Positions 11,303-24,180 are shown, counted from the stretch's first letter. The stretch: 47,544 bases of DNA from Octopus sinensis (GCF_006345805.1 NW_021834654.1:1-47544); one strand, 5' to 3'. Notes: generated by a model from the sequence alone, not told the origin. Numbers and translations: made by a program.

Positions 11303-12210
11303 TTTAGGAGCAATTAATGTACTAAGTACACAAGGCATGGGCAATCTTTTTCGGGGAGTGGGCCGCATGAAACATGGCACATCATCAGGTGGGCCTCACG
11401 AAACAGGGCACATCAGCAGTTGGGCCGCATGAAACATGGCACATCTCCAGGTGGGCCCCATGAAACATAGTACATCACCAGGTGGGCCTCACGAAACAGG
11501 GCACATCACCAGTTGGGCCGCATGTAACATGGCACATCACCCGGTGGGCCGCATTACTAAAAAATTTCAAGTTAACTTTTTGTTATGCTTGCTATCAGGA
11601 AATCCCGCGGGCCGCATTTTGCCCGTGACAGAACTCGACACTCATTAATCTCGTCGAGATTATTATTCACGGAGAGTGCTCTATAACTGAGTAAAATTTA
11701 GGAGCTATGACATATGCCTATGGCCAATTCTTTTCGGGAAGTGGGCCACATGAGACATGACTCATCATCAGGTGGGCCGCAAAAGATTAGCAAAAGATTA
11801 AAGGTAATATTTTTGTTAGGCGTACCATTCAGAAAGTCCCGCGGGCCAAATCTTGCCCGTGACTGAACTGGAGACCGGTTAATCACGCGAGACTTTTCGT
11901 CTCGTCGAGACGGTTATTGACAAAGAGTGCTCTATAACTGAGTTAAATTTAGGTGCTATGACATATGCCTGTGGACAATTCTTTTCGGGAAGTGGGTCGC
12001 ATGAGGCATGACTCATCACATTAGCAAAAGATTAAAGGTAGTATTTTTGTTAGGCGTACCATTCAGAAAGCCCCGCGAGCCGCACTTTGCTCGTGATTGA
12101 ACTGGAGACCGGCTAATCACGCGGGGCTTTTCGTCTCGTCGATGTGATTATTCACGGCGAGTGCTCTATAGCTAAGTAAAATCTAGGTGCTATGACAAAT
12201 GTCTATGTGA
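11303..12210 (+). repeat. Three diverged tandem units (394, 251 and 234 bp), each containing a hAT/Charlie-like MITE
   Basis: Anchor T(T/C)TAGG(A/T)GC at 11303, 11697, 11948 and 12182. The first MITE runs from CAAGGCATGGGCAA (11331) to CCCGCGGGCCGCATTTTGCCCGTGACAG (ending 11631). Confidence 0.75.
11358..11553 (+). repeat. 31-bp minisatellite, 6 full units plus a partial unit
   Basis: GGGCC unit starts at 11360, 11391, 11422, 11453, 11484, 11515 and 11546. Consensus approximately GGGCCGCATGAAACATGGCACATCACCAGGT. Confidence 0.95.
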
Positions 12211-12309
12211 AATAACTGAACAGAGGGAGAGAAATCAAACTGAAATGAACTTAAATAAAGAAAACATGCGTGTAGTTATCTTTCTACAATATATAATCTG
12301 TACACACAC

Positions 12310-12349
<40 letters not shown>

Positions 12350-12368
12350 GCACACACACACACACAAA

Positions 12369-12410
<42 letters not shown>

Positions 12411-12699
12411 TCACACATGCAACGTACGCGTCCAATAGAAAATACGAAAAAACCCAGAAAGCGCAATTGCGGATGTATCTATATATACGTGTCGTGTGGT
12501 GCTCGTTATGTGTGTTTGTATATGTGTGTGGTGTGTATATGTATGTGTGTGCGAAGTTTTGAATGTTTGTTGCGAATTTGTTGTTTGTCTCTGTCTCTAT
12601 CTCTGTCTCTTTCTCTTTCTCTTTCACTATTTATCACTCACTCTATGTACGTACGTACGTACGTACGTATGTATGTATGTATGTATGTATGTATGTATG

Positions 12700-12753
12700 T
12701 ATGTATGTATGTATGTATGTATGTATGTATGTATCTGTCTGTCTGTCTGTTTG

Positions 12754-12846
<93 letters not shown>

Positions 12847-13066
12847 ATATCTATCTAATATATACATACTCATATAAACGTCACCACGTAGCGAGATAGT
12901 AGGACAGCAAAAAAAAGACCCAGAAAAAAATCAAAACAAAATAAAAAATAACAAAAAACAAAAACGAATCATTAAGCCAAAAAAAAAAAAAATCCCACAG
13001 TATATAAAAAAAAATTTGGCAAAAAAAATTGTAACGAAACGAAAACATTAATAAAACACAACAAAA

Positions 13067-13112
<46 letters not shown>

Positions 13113-13206
13113 AAACAACAAATACCTAGTATATTACAAATCTAAAGGAAATGCTGAAAAGATGATGATGATAATGATGATGATATGATAATAATAAAAT
13201 GATGTT

Positions 13207-13250
<44 letters not shown>

Positions 13251-13258
13251 TAATAATG

Positions 13259-13291
<33 letters not shown>

Positions 13292-13499
13292 TAATAATAA
13301 TAATAATAATAATATTGTAAACAAGAACAACAACAATAGCAACAACAACGATATCGCATCTTAAAAGGAAAGGAAAAAAAATGTTAAGAAGTCGAAAAGA
13401 CTAAAATTTAGGGATATCATTCATGAAATATAATGGGTATTGAATATGTATAATACGATATGTGTATGTTTACACGCACTTATATACACATGTATACAC

Positions 13500-13535
<36 letters not shown>

Positions 13536-13966
13536 GGTATGCGTACAAAAAAAAACCCCGATGTGTTTACATACACTCATACATCTTCGCATACAATATA
13601 TGTTTTTATAGATTCTGTTGTCAATAGGAACACGCACACAGATACACACACGCATATACAGGCACACACACACATATATACACGCACATACGCACACACG
13701 CGCGCGCGCGGACGCACTCTCAAACATATATGCAGACGCACGCGAGCGTTCAACAGCACGCACATCGAACACGTGACCCTGTGTGTGTATATATGTATGT
13801 ATATGTATGTATGTATGTATGCATGTATGTATGCATGTATGTATGTATGTATGTATGTATGTTATAATATGTATATATATGTATGTATGTATGTATTGTA
13901 TGTATGTATGTATCTGTTGTTCTGTCTGTTTGTCTATCTATCTACTATCTATCTATCTATCTATAT

Positions 13967-14022
<56 letters not shown>

Positions 14023-14243
14023 ATATCTATCTAATATATACATACTCATATAAACGTCACCACGTAGCGAGATAGTAGGACAGCAAAAAAAAGACCCAGA
14101 AAAAAATCAAAACAAAATAAAAAATAACAAAAAACAAAAACGAATCATTAAGCCAAAAAAAAAAAAAATCCCACAGTAATATAAAAAAAAATTGGCACAA
14201 AAAATTGTAACGAAACGAAAAACATAATAAAGACACAACAAAA

Positions 14244-14283
<40 letters not shown>

Positions 14284-14388
14284 TATATATATACAAAACA
14301 ACAAATACCTAGTATATTACAAATCTAAAGGAAATGCTGAAAAATGATGATGATAATGATGATGCTATGATAATAATAAAATGATGTT

Positions 14389-14421
<33 letters not shown>

Positions 14422-14673
14422 GATAATAATGATAATAATAATAAAATAATAATAATAATAATAATATAATAATAATAATAATAATGAATATGTAAACAAA
14501 ACACACAACAATAGCAACAACACGATATCGCATCTTAAAAGGAAAGGAAAAAAATGTTAAGAAGTCGAAAAGACTAAAATTTAGGGATATCATTCATGAA
14601 ATATAATGGGTATTGAATATGTATAATACGATATGTGTATGTTTACACGCACTTATATACACATGTATACACG

Positions 14674-14704
<31 letters not shown>

Positions 14705-15040
14705 GGTATGCGTACAAAAAAAAACCCCGATGTGTTTACATACACTCATACAATCTTCGCATACAATATATGTTTTTATAGATTCTGTTGTCAATAGGAA
14801 CACGCACACAGATCCACAAACGATATACAGGCACACACACACTATTACACGCACATACGCACACACGCGCGCGCGCGGGGACGCACACCAAACATATATG
14901 CAGACGCACGCGAGCGTTCAACAGCACGCACATCGAACACGTGACCCTGTGTGTGTATATATGTATGTATATGTATGTATGTATGTATGCAGTATGTATG
15001 CATGTATGTATGATGTATGTATGTTATATGTGTTATATAT
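12700..15040 (+). repeat. ~1.17-kb tandem duplication (two copies)
   Basis: Unique anchors recur: CATACTCATATAAACGTCACC at 12865 and 14041; GTGACCCTGTGTG at ~13775 and 14941. Confidence 0.9.
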
Positions 15041-15059
15041 GTATATATATGTATGTATG

Positions 15060-15102
<43 letters not shown>

Positions 15103-15120
15103 ATATGTATGGGTATATGT

Positions 15121-15166
<46 letters not shown>

Positions 15167-15186
15167 ATTGTATATATATATGTATA

Positions 15187-15243
<57 letters not shown>

Positions 15244-15289
15244 CTCTCTGATTGTGTACAGGTATGTATGCTGGTACGTGTGTTCCTCT

Positions 15290-15321
<32 letters not shown>

Positions 15322-16352
15322 GACATGTTGATATTGGCATTCTGGCTGGCAATTCTATTGTCAAAAGTAGCATACAGCAGCCACGAGGCTATTTTATATT
15401 ACTGACAGAAATGTCATCTTATGTCTAAAGGGATTGCAGAACAAACTTATACATGCATATGTATGTGCACACACGCACGCATGTAGGCATCCCACACACT
15501 TATACACACACGCACGCAAACACAAACACACATATGTAGCCATTTATGTATATGAGTATATGTACATACATAAACATGTATCTATCTTAAATATATACAC
15601 AGTTCTGTGCGTACACATACATTTATGAATATATATATAATATATATATATATATATTATATATATATATATATATATATGTACATATATATATATATAT
15701 ATACATCTCTCTCTCTCCCTCTCCCTCCCCCTCTCTGTCTATCTATATATATATCTACACACGCAATATGTATGCATACACTCAGATACACATTTATATA
15801 CAGATTATACATACGAAGGCACACACTTTAGAATTTCTATATTTACACACACACACACGCGCACGCACATACACACACCATACATACACACATGACACGC
15901 GCAAAATACACATAGACATAAGCACATACACTCTTATATACATACAGAAACAAAAACACATACTTTATATAAACTAAATGATTTTCTTCGTTTGACTCAA
16001 GTTTCATGCTACGGCGACTTTCAGGCGAGCCTAGTTTGTTTTTCTTTTGCAGAATAAAACAGGCTGATGATCGCCTTGACGTGATACAAGAGTCGTGAGA
16101 AAAAGAATTTTAGATTATAAAAACAATACACTCAATCCTTACTGAAGTTTCTTGCCCGGTTCCATCGACAGTTTGTAACAAACTACCGTTTGAAAAAAAT
16201 GCATAATTTAGCATAGCTGTGTAATGTAAAGAAACCCGTTGAGCACACGCGTTTCCGTTTATAGTAAGTAAAAGAAACCGACCTAATAAGTTTCAACGCT
16301 TATTAATGTCTCGTCAGAGATCCTTTGCTCATTTACTGTTTAGAGAACGAAA

Positions 16353-16545
16353 ATTGGTTTCAAATTTTGGCACAAGGACAGCAATTTAGGAGAGGGGAAA
16401 TCGATTCCATCGACCGGCAGTGCTCAATTGGTCCTTATGTTATTGACCCCGAAAGAATGAAATGCAAAGTCGACCTCGGGTGAATTTGAACCCTGATCGC
16501 AAAGACGGACGGTGAATAGGTAAGTAAAATCGTTGGCCAGAATCG
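16353..16545 (-). mobile_element. tRNA-derived SINE, family D
   Basis: Reverse-complement homologue of the adjacent 16553-16765 copy (GTCGAC..TTGCATTTCATTCTTTCGGGGTCAATAA core). Confidence 0.8.
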
Positions 16546-16552
16546 GTGGTAA

Positions 16553-16765
16553 GGCGGCGAGTGGCAGACACGTTAGCATGCCCAGCCAAATGCTTAGCAT
16601 TTCGTTCGTCTTCACGTTCTAAGTTCAAATTCCACCATGATCGATTTTGCCTTTCATCCTTTCGAGATCGATAAACTAAGTACCAGTTGAACATTGGGGA
16701 TCGATGTAATCGATTTAACCCCCTCTTACGAACTTCTTGACCTTGTGTCAAAATTTGCATCTAAT
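16553..16765 (+). mobile_element. tRNA-derived SINE, family D
   Basis: GGCGGCGAGTGGCAG head, GTTCAAATTCC B-box, TTGCCTTTCATCCTTTCGAGATCGATAAACTAAGTACCAG core, CCTTGTGTCAAAATTTG tail. Confidence 0.8.
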
Positions 16766-16771
16766 ACCTTC

Positions 16772-16862
16772 TTATTATCTATTCAAGGCACAACCTGGAA
16801 CTGAACACGCAATCTTGGGGCTAGTAGCCCGCGCTCTTAACCATTACGCTATATGCCCGTGG
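16772..16862 (-). mobile_element. tRNA-like head of family E (PLE-associated)
   Basis: Reverse complement of CACGGGCATATAGCGTAATGGTTAAGAGCGCGGGCTACTAGCCCCAAG..., homologous to 34773-34848. Confidence 0.7.
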
Positions 16863-17367
16863 GAATATCCTTCTTTCTACACATGCTTCATTAACCTGCT
16901 GTATTCAGTCAATGCACATTTCTTTATTTTGCCATAACTCTTAGGAATATATCGAATTTCAATTCTATATTGATTTGATAAGGGGACTTTTTAAAATTTC
17001 GTCTTTATATTTGGTTTGTAAGATTCTTGATGAGAATTCGTGTATTGAAACAAATCTTGTGTCTTGGGAGGGTCACTACGCCAATAACGACAACACACGC
17101 ACTGGTTCAGTATCACTTCTTTGTTGTGAGCCAGTCGGTTAAATATCTAACAAACTAACGAATCGATCAATTGTTAAATTTGTTGGTTAAAAAAAAAATC
17201 AATCGGTTATTTGTTTATCAAAGCTCTTTCGTCACTGTTCGCAACCTCCTCAAGGACATGCTCTCTCTCTTCTAGGTCTGCCTTCAGTTTGTTTATTTCT
17301 CTCTGCACCCCACTTCTCTCTAGCTGGTCGAATACATGGTCAAATACATGCTTAAAATAACTGACCT

Positions 17368-17370
17368 AGT

Positions 17371-17445
<75 letters not shown>

Positions 17446-17524
17446 TGCTGCCACTACTACTACTACTACTACTACTACTAGTACAGCAACAACTACTACT
17501 ACAACTAGTACAACTACTAGTACA

Positions 17525-17559
<35 letters not shown>

Positions 17560-17573
17560 AGCTGCTGCTGCTG

Positions 17574-17606
<33 letters not shown>

Positions 17607-17676
17607 GTACTAGTACTACTACTGCAGCTACTACTACTACTACTGCAGCTACTACTACTACTACTACTGCTGCTGT

Positions 17677-17739
<63 letters not shown>

Positions 17740-17770
17740 CACCACCACCATCACCACTACTACTACTACG
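17368..17770. repeat. (ACT)n/(GCT)n/(ACC)n trinucleotide tract
   Basis: Direct observation. Confidence 0.95.
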
Positions 17771-19199
17771 GTCAGCCATCCTCTCTCGCAACCAGTGTGG
17801 TTTAGCTTTGAAGGAGTGAAGAGGAATAAGTCTGTTCTCTCTTTTATTCAAGTGATTAATTACATTGTATAACACAATTTCTGTCCATGGGTAGCAAGTG
17901 TTATTTCCCATTTGCTTTACCCCTAGAAAGTATGAAAAATGGCTCATATTTCCTTTAGACTTTGCCTTTGACACATTCATTCAAGTCCCCATAGAATCCC
18001 TCTCAATACATGGGTGTGATGCACCGCTACTACTCCTGCTCATGATCTGGCACCACGATATTGCTACACCCTAAATGCAACACCTTAACCACTTGACCAT
18101 GCAACTTCACCGACACACACGCACATACACACATACACATACACACACACACATGCCTTGGATAACATCGGTAGCGTGGACAGGAAAAAACTGGTATGCA
18201 AGGGCAACTGCTGGTCATTTATAAACAACGTTGCCCGGACTTGTACCTCGGAGGGGAACTTCCTAAGTGCAGTCTTTACCCTTTTATGGTTAAACGCTTA
18301 TTCATTACGTAACACTTTTACTACACTTCTTCGTAGTACACTTATAGTGCAACGCAAATTACTGTACATTACAGTTACACTATAACACTTACATTCACAC
18401 ACCCTTATTACTCTCTCTCCATCGCTCTCTCTATCCCTCTCTCATACACACACACACGCGCACACACACTCAATCATGTATAGATACACATTTAAGTTGA
18501 CTCACACATACACATATACACACACACTAGCTCAATCAGGTACTCAGAAACACACAATCCAGTCAGATACACATAATCAAGTACGTTCACACACTTAGAG
18601 TACACATACGCACAAACCCAATCAGACACATACACATATATACGCATACACACACACGCACACACACGCACAAGCATCCAATTAGGCAGACACACACATA
18701 CACACTCAATCAGACCCACAAATATATTCAATCATAAACAAACACATACACACACACACACACGAACACACACACAAGTAATTACACACACATGCACACA
18801 CAAGCTATTACACACACAGACGCAATCAATCAGGAGCACGCAGACACACAGACACACATAACACTCCATCACACACGGGCAGGCACGCACACAGACACAC
18901 ATACACACACACACACGCACACACACACACACACATTCGTACACAAACAGAATCAATCAGTCGCACAGACACACCGTTACACAGGTACACATAACACTCC
19001 ATCATACACCCCACCCACCCCCCACCACACACGGCACAATTTACGCAAATTGTATCACATGTCAATATTTCATAACACTATTTATAACACGAAAAGCAAC
19101 ATTAACAAACAAATAAAAACAACAAAAGAACAAACAAAATAGAACATGAAAGGACGATAAATAACTAAGAAGAAAAAAGAAACAATAACACAAGCGATC

Positions 19200-19496
19200 A
19201 AAATCATCATCATAGTCATCATCATCATCATCATCATCAGCAGCAGCACAGCAGCAGCACAGCAGCAGCAGCACAGCAGCAGCACAGCAGCGGCACAGCA
19301 GCATCAGCAGAAGCTGTTGTAGTAGCAGCAGCAGCAACATCATCATTATTCTTGTTCACCATCATCAAAAACCGCATCATTATTACCATCACCACCACCA
19401 CATCCAACACCACCACCACCACCACCACCACAACAAAGACCTCCGTCATTACCACCACCACCACCACCACCACCACTGTTGTTGTTATCATCATCA

Positions 19497-19527
<31 letters not shown>

Positions 19528-19852
19528 CATTAAGAACCACATCATTATCACCACCACCACCACCACTGTTGTTATCATCACCATCATCAAGAACCTCATC
19601 ATTATCACCACCACTTCCTCTACCACCACCACCACCACCACCACCACCACCACTGTTGTCGTTATCATCACCATCACCATCACCATCATCATCATCATCA
19701 TCATCATCATCATATTATCATCATCATCATCATCATCATCATCATTAAGAACCTCATCATTATCACCACCACTTCCACAACCACCACCACCACCACCACC
19801 ACCAGTACCACCAAGACCTCCCCTTACCACTACCACTGCCGCCGTTGTCGTT

Positions 19853-19884
<32 letters not shown>

Positions 19885-19930
19885 TATCCTTATCGCTATC
19901 TTCATCACAATGATCATGCTCATGATCATC
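19200..19930. repeat. Mixed (CAT)n/(CAG)n/(CAC)n low-complexity tract
   Basis: Direct observation. Confidence 0.9.
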
Positions 19931-20112
19931 TTTTACTTGTTTCAGTCATTACACTGTGGCCATACTGGGGCACCGCCCAGAAGGATTTTTAGTCGGAACA
20001 ATTTTGACACCAGCGCTTATTATTTTTTAAACGTTGTATTTATTCTATCGGTCTCTTTTGTCGAACTGCTAGAATGTGGGGACGTAAACACACCAACACC
20101 AGTTGTCAAGCC
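19930..20112 (-). mobile_element. SINE family A, 3' half
   Basis: TTTTACTTGTTTCAGTCA...GGGGACGTAAACACACCAACACCAGTTGTCAAG matches the reverse complement of the 10586-11003 tail. Confidence 0.8.
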
Positions 20113-20260
20113 GTAATGAGGGTCACTTGCGTAGCTAGGGGGACAGGTAGGGGTAGTCCACCCCAGGTGGCACACACTCTAGCTACGCTTGTGGTGAGGG
20201 ATAAACACAGACACAAGACATACGCACACACGCACACACACACATACACACCCATACATG

Positions 20261-20460
20261 ATCTCTTATATAAAATCCGTTCTGTGTGTGTGTGTGTGTC
20301 TTCTAGGATCTCGGACATCCTCCAATTGATTGCGCTCAAATTTGATATGTAGATACCGACGGTATCAGGGCGTGTATAAGTCTTGAAAAAATTACAAAAA
20401 TCGATTCCAGATGAGAATGCGATCGATAAAGCCGTTTTTGTCCTGCTTGTCTTACGTCAA
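20261..20460 (+). mobile_element. DINE-1/HINE-like element fragment
   Basis: TCTTATATAAAATCCGTTCTGTGTGTG...GATTGCGCTCAAATTTGATATGTAGATA resembles the DINE-1/Lep1-type end (TATAAAA, microsatellite, GATT..AAATTTG). Extent uncertain. Confidence 0.35.
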
Positions 20461-20698
20461 CCTGTACATAACTGCACCTTCCATTTTTTGTTGTTTTTGT
20501 ACTGCTTAAAGGCACGTTTCTTTCCTGCCAAGCTTACTGTTTAAACCATGTTTGTGTTCTCCCAGTCAACAGCCTTATCATTACTGGTACTTTAAACTCT
20601 TCGGTTGCATATTTGTGAATAAAATTGTTTTTCTTTGGAATAGAAAAAAAGTCTATCTTTATTTCTTTTCTTGCTGGTGTCTAAAATTTAGGTTAAAT

Positions 20699-20758
20699 CA
20701 GTGTTTCTCAAAGGGGAGGCCTATGGGACGGTTGGACAAGTTGTTTTGAGAAAATTTG
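20699..20758. mobile_element. 60-bp minimal hAT element
   Basis: CAGTGTTTCTCAAA...TTTGAGAAAATTTG with 8-bp TSD GGTTAAAT (20691-20698) / GTTTAAAT (20759-20766). Confidence 0.65.
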
Positions 20759-20976
20759 GTTTAAATGTTTGACAACTCAGCACCGTCCACTTGACGGGGG
20801 GCATTTTGCTCGTATATATATATGTATAGTCAAAATAAATAACAGGATACCAAGATATCTTGATATCCTGTTGCTTATTTTGATTTTTTTCACCTTACTG
20901 CGAGCTCTGCGGATAATATCAGACTGACTTGGTGCTTCAACTTAAGTACATAATGCAACTGAATCTCAATTATTTC

Positions 20977-21672
20977 TGCTGTCTGGGAGATATCGTATAG
21001 TACTAGAATAGTAGTTTAACTTCTATTTCTAAATTTCGGTATGTGGCGAAGCAAATTTTGCTGAATCCTAATTATGATTATGTTTATAATTATAATATTT
21101 CTTGTATAAGTTTACCGATAATGGTTCTTTTAATATACCGAACTACTTGGTAAAATTATTAATTATTAATTTATTAATTAATTTTACCGTTTATTATTAT
21201 TATTGATAATATAATTTTCTCCCTGATAGTAAACTGCAATTTCTGTGGAATTTTACTCATTGGCACACGTGGGTGAGTGAGGAGGAATGCGAGATCTCAT
21301 TCGTCTGTTTGAATTCGGAAGTACTGGTCTTTGGATATATGCTGTTTGATGTCGCTTGGTCAGATACGTATGTTAATTATCAGTGTTCTCAAATTAAAAA
21401 ATTGAAATACTGTACTGGTGAGGAGAGTGAGTGAATAGAAATATGATTTTACATTTTTTCACATCTTTCAAAATCCGAAACGCGTATACAGTTAATCACA
21501 GCCGAGTAGATTCGTTATTTTTTTCTCTTTACCTGTGTGATTTGTTGAGTATTGCTGTCTGGGAGATATCTTATGGTAGTAGAATAGTAGTTTAACTGCT
21601 ATTTCTAAATTTCGGTATGTGGTGAAGCAAATTTTGCTGAACCCTAATTATAATTATACTCATAATTATATA
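20977..21672 (+). repeat. Two ~120-bp direct repeats 576 bp apart
   Basis: TGCTGTCTGGGAGATATC...TTCTAAATTTCGGTATGTGG(C/T)GAAGCAAATTTTGCTGAA at 20977 and 21553. Confidence 0.85.
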
Positions 21673-22072
21673 ATTTTTACACACACACAGATATATATTA
21701 TATATATGTATATATGTAAGTATATATATGTATATGCGTGAAGGCGCATGTGATTAGATCGTCCGACATACAATCGTAGTGAGGTTGATGCCCCAGGCGC
21801 AAAATATTTTTCTCACAAGTGTTCCGGACACCAATTATGAATTCATTTGCATACAGCCAATCAGATGTAGGCGTTTCAAAATTAAATCTGGGCCGCTTCC
21901 TGTCGAGAGTCCCAGATGAACCTACCTCACGGCAAGAGGTGCAAATGAGGGTAGCTACATCAAACTCCATTCTTCGTGAAGTGCCACATATTGGAGGAGG
22001 CTCTCAGTAATAACAGTGTAGCAAAACAGCGGTGCATCAGTATGGCCGCAGCTCTGAGCTGAAACTATAGAA

Positions 22073-22105
<33 letters not shown>

Positions 22106-22109
22106 ATAT

Positions 22110-22175
<66 letters not shown>

Positions 22176-22195
22176 AGTATGTGTGTGTTTGTATG

Positions 22196-22397
22196 TTTGT
22201 GTGTCTGTGTTTGTCCCCATCATCGCTTGACAACTGATGTTGGTGTGTTTACGTCCCCGTAACTTAGCGGTTCGGCAAAAGGCACCGATAGGATAAATAC
22301 TTGGCTCACAAAGAATAAGTCCTGGGGTCGATTTGTTCGAGTAAAGGTGGTGCTCCAGCATGGCCGCAGTCAAATGACTAAAATAAATAAAAGAATA
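22196..22397 (+). mobile_element. SINE family A, 3' half
   Basis: Homologous to ~10800-11003. Confidence 0.85.
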
Positions 22398-22414
22398 ATA
22401 TATATATACATATA

Positions 22415-22458
<44 letters not shown>

Positions 22459-22504
22459 ACACACACACACTCACACACACACACACACACATATATATGC
22501 ATAC

Positions 22505-22648
22505 ACGACGAGCTTTTTTCAATTTCCGTGTAGCAAATCCTCTCACAAGGCTTTGGTCGGCCTGAGGTTATAGTAGTAGGCACTAGCCCAAGGTGCCATG
22601 CAGTGGGCTTGAACCTGGAACCATGTGGTTGGGAAGCAAGTTTCTTGT
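22505..22648 (-). mobile_element. SINE family A, 5' half
   Basis: Reverse complement of the head and core (CCCAAGGTGCCATGCAGTGGG...GGAACCATGTGGTT). Confidence 0.8.
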
Positions 22649-22934
22649 CATAAGTAATGAGGCCGATTCATTTGATTAAAATATTCCCCGGGCGGTGCCC
22701 CAGCATGGCTGCAATCTAATGACTGAGACAAGTAAACCAAATGCAACAACAACAATCAGAAGAAGGGTGGTACTAACTAACGGGGAAAGCCTTGTGAAGT
22801 CGGTCGATGTGCTGAAAATTACAACCAAATTCTTTTTGAATCACACCCTGATATCTTTAGAAGTGAGAAAGAAAAAGAAAATGAAGGAGAAAGGAAGAAG
22901 TACCCCTAAAAGATGGGATAGTCTCGGCAGCTAT

Positions 22935-23050
22935 GGATAAATTAAGTACCAGTTACGCACTGGGGTCGATGTAATCGACTTAATACCTATGTCTGTCCTT
23001 GTTTGTCCCCTCTGTGTTTAGCCCCTTGTGGGTAGTAAAGAAATAGGATA
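22935..23050 (+). mobile_element. SINE family D, 3' fragment
   Basis: GATAAATTAAGTACCAGTTACGCACTGGGGTCGATGTAATCGAC. Confidence 0.65.
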
Positions 23051-23456
23051 TATGTTGGTTTAGCGGGGCTAAACAGGAATAATTATAACAGATTTCAACG
23101 AATAATTATAACAGATTTCAATGTACAGAATGATAAGTACGTTATCTACAATAACAACAGCAGGAAAAGTTAGTAAAACCCCTGAAAGACGGGCAATGTG
23201 AAGAAAGAAGAAACAAGGAAGAGGAGGAGGCAAAGAAGAAGGAAATGGAGTGGGAGGGGTAGAAGAGGAAGAGAAGAAGAGAAGAAGGAAGAGGAAATTA
23301 AAATATTGAAAGATGAAAAAAAGGAGGTGGAGAAGACTGAGAAGAAGAGGAAAAAGGAGGAGGAGAAGGGGAGGAAAGGAGGAAAAGGGGAGAAATGAAT
23401 AAAGAAAACAAGAAGAAAAAGAAAGAGATAGAGGAAGAGAAGAAAGGAGAAAATGA

Positions 23457-23492
<36 letters not shown>

Positions 23493-23599
23493 TAGATTGA
23501 GGGAGTAAAGGAAAAGAAAAAGAGGAATAAGGCAAAAACAGGAACAACGTGAAGAAGAAGAAAATAAATAAAGAAGAAGAGCAACAACTGAAAAAAACT

Positions 23600-24180
23600 A
23601 TAGCAACAACTACAACAATATCAACGAAAAGATCTACAACAACATCTACAACAACAACAACAACAACAACAAGATGAACAAAAACAACACTGTATATAAC
23701 GACTAGTACATTAGTAGCACCAACAACAGTAGAGAGAATAACAACAACAATATAAATAACAGCATCAACGACATCAAGATCAACAAGCAGTACAATAGTA
23801 GCACCAAAAGCTACAAAGAACAGTAGAAATAACAGCAATATAAATAACAACAACAATAGAAACAATAAGAAAAACAAGAACAGCAACTGGGACAACAGTG
23901 GCACCAACAACTACAAAGGAAAGAGCAGTAGAAACAACAACAGTATCAAGAACAAGAACAACAACCATATAAACAGCAAAAACAACAAGAACAGCCACTG
24001 GGACAACATTAGCACCAACAACTACAAAGGAAAGAATAGTAGAAGCAACAACAACAATATCAAGAACAAGAACAACAACCATATAAACAGCAAAAACAAC
24101 AAGAACAGCAACAGGGACAACAGTAGCACCAACAACTATAGCAGCAGCAGCAACAGCAACAACAACAACAACAACATAGC
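23600..24180. repeat. CAA-rich tract containing a ~111-114-bp tandem repeat (about 2.3 copies)
   Basis: GGGACAAC anchors at 23889, 24000 and 24114. Confidence 0.85.

Noticed and set aside
11358-11553. CRISPR-like periodic array
   Set aside because: The units are contiguous with no unique spacers, the context is eukaryotic and there are no cas genes. It is a minisatellite.
15318-15405. Signal-peptide-like [20 protein letters not shown]
   Set aside because: The ORF stops within 30 codons, has no donor site, and follows a TG tract.
21698-21970. 90-aa minus-strand ORF (ICTSCREV...)
   Set aside because: No recognisable domain, no convincing splice sites, and it runs into a microsatellite.
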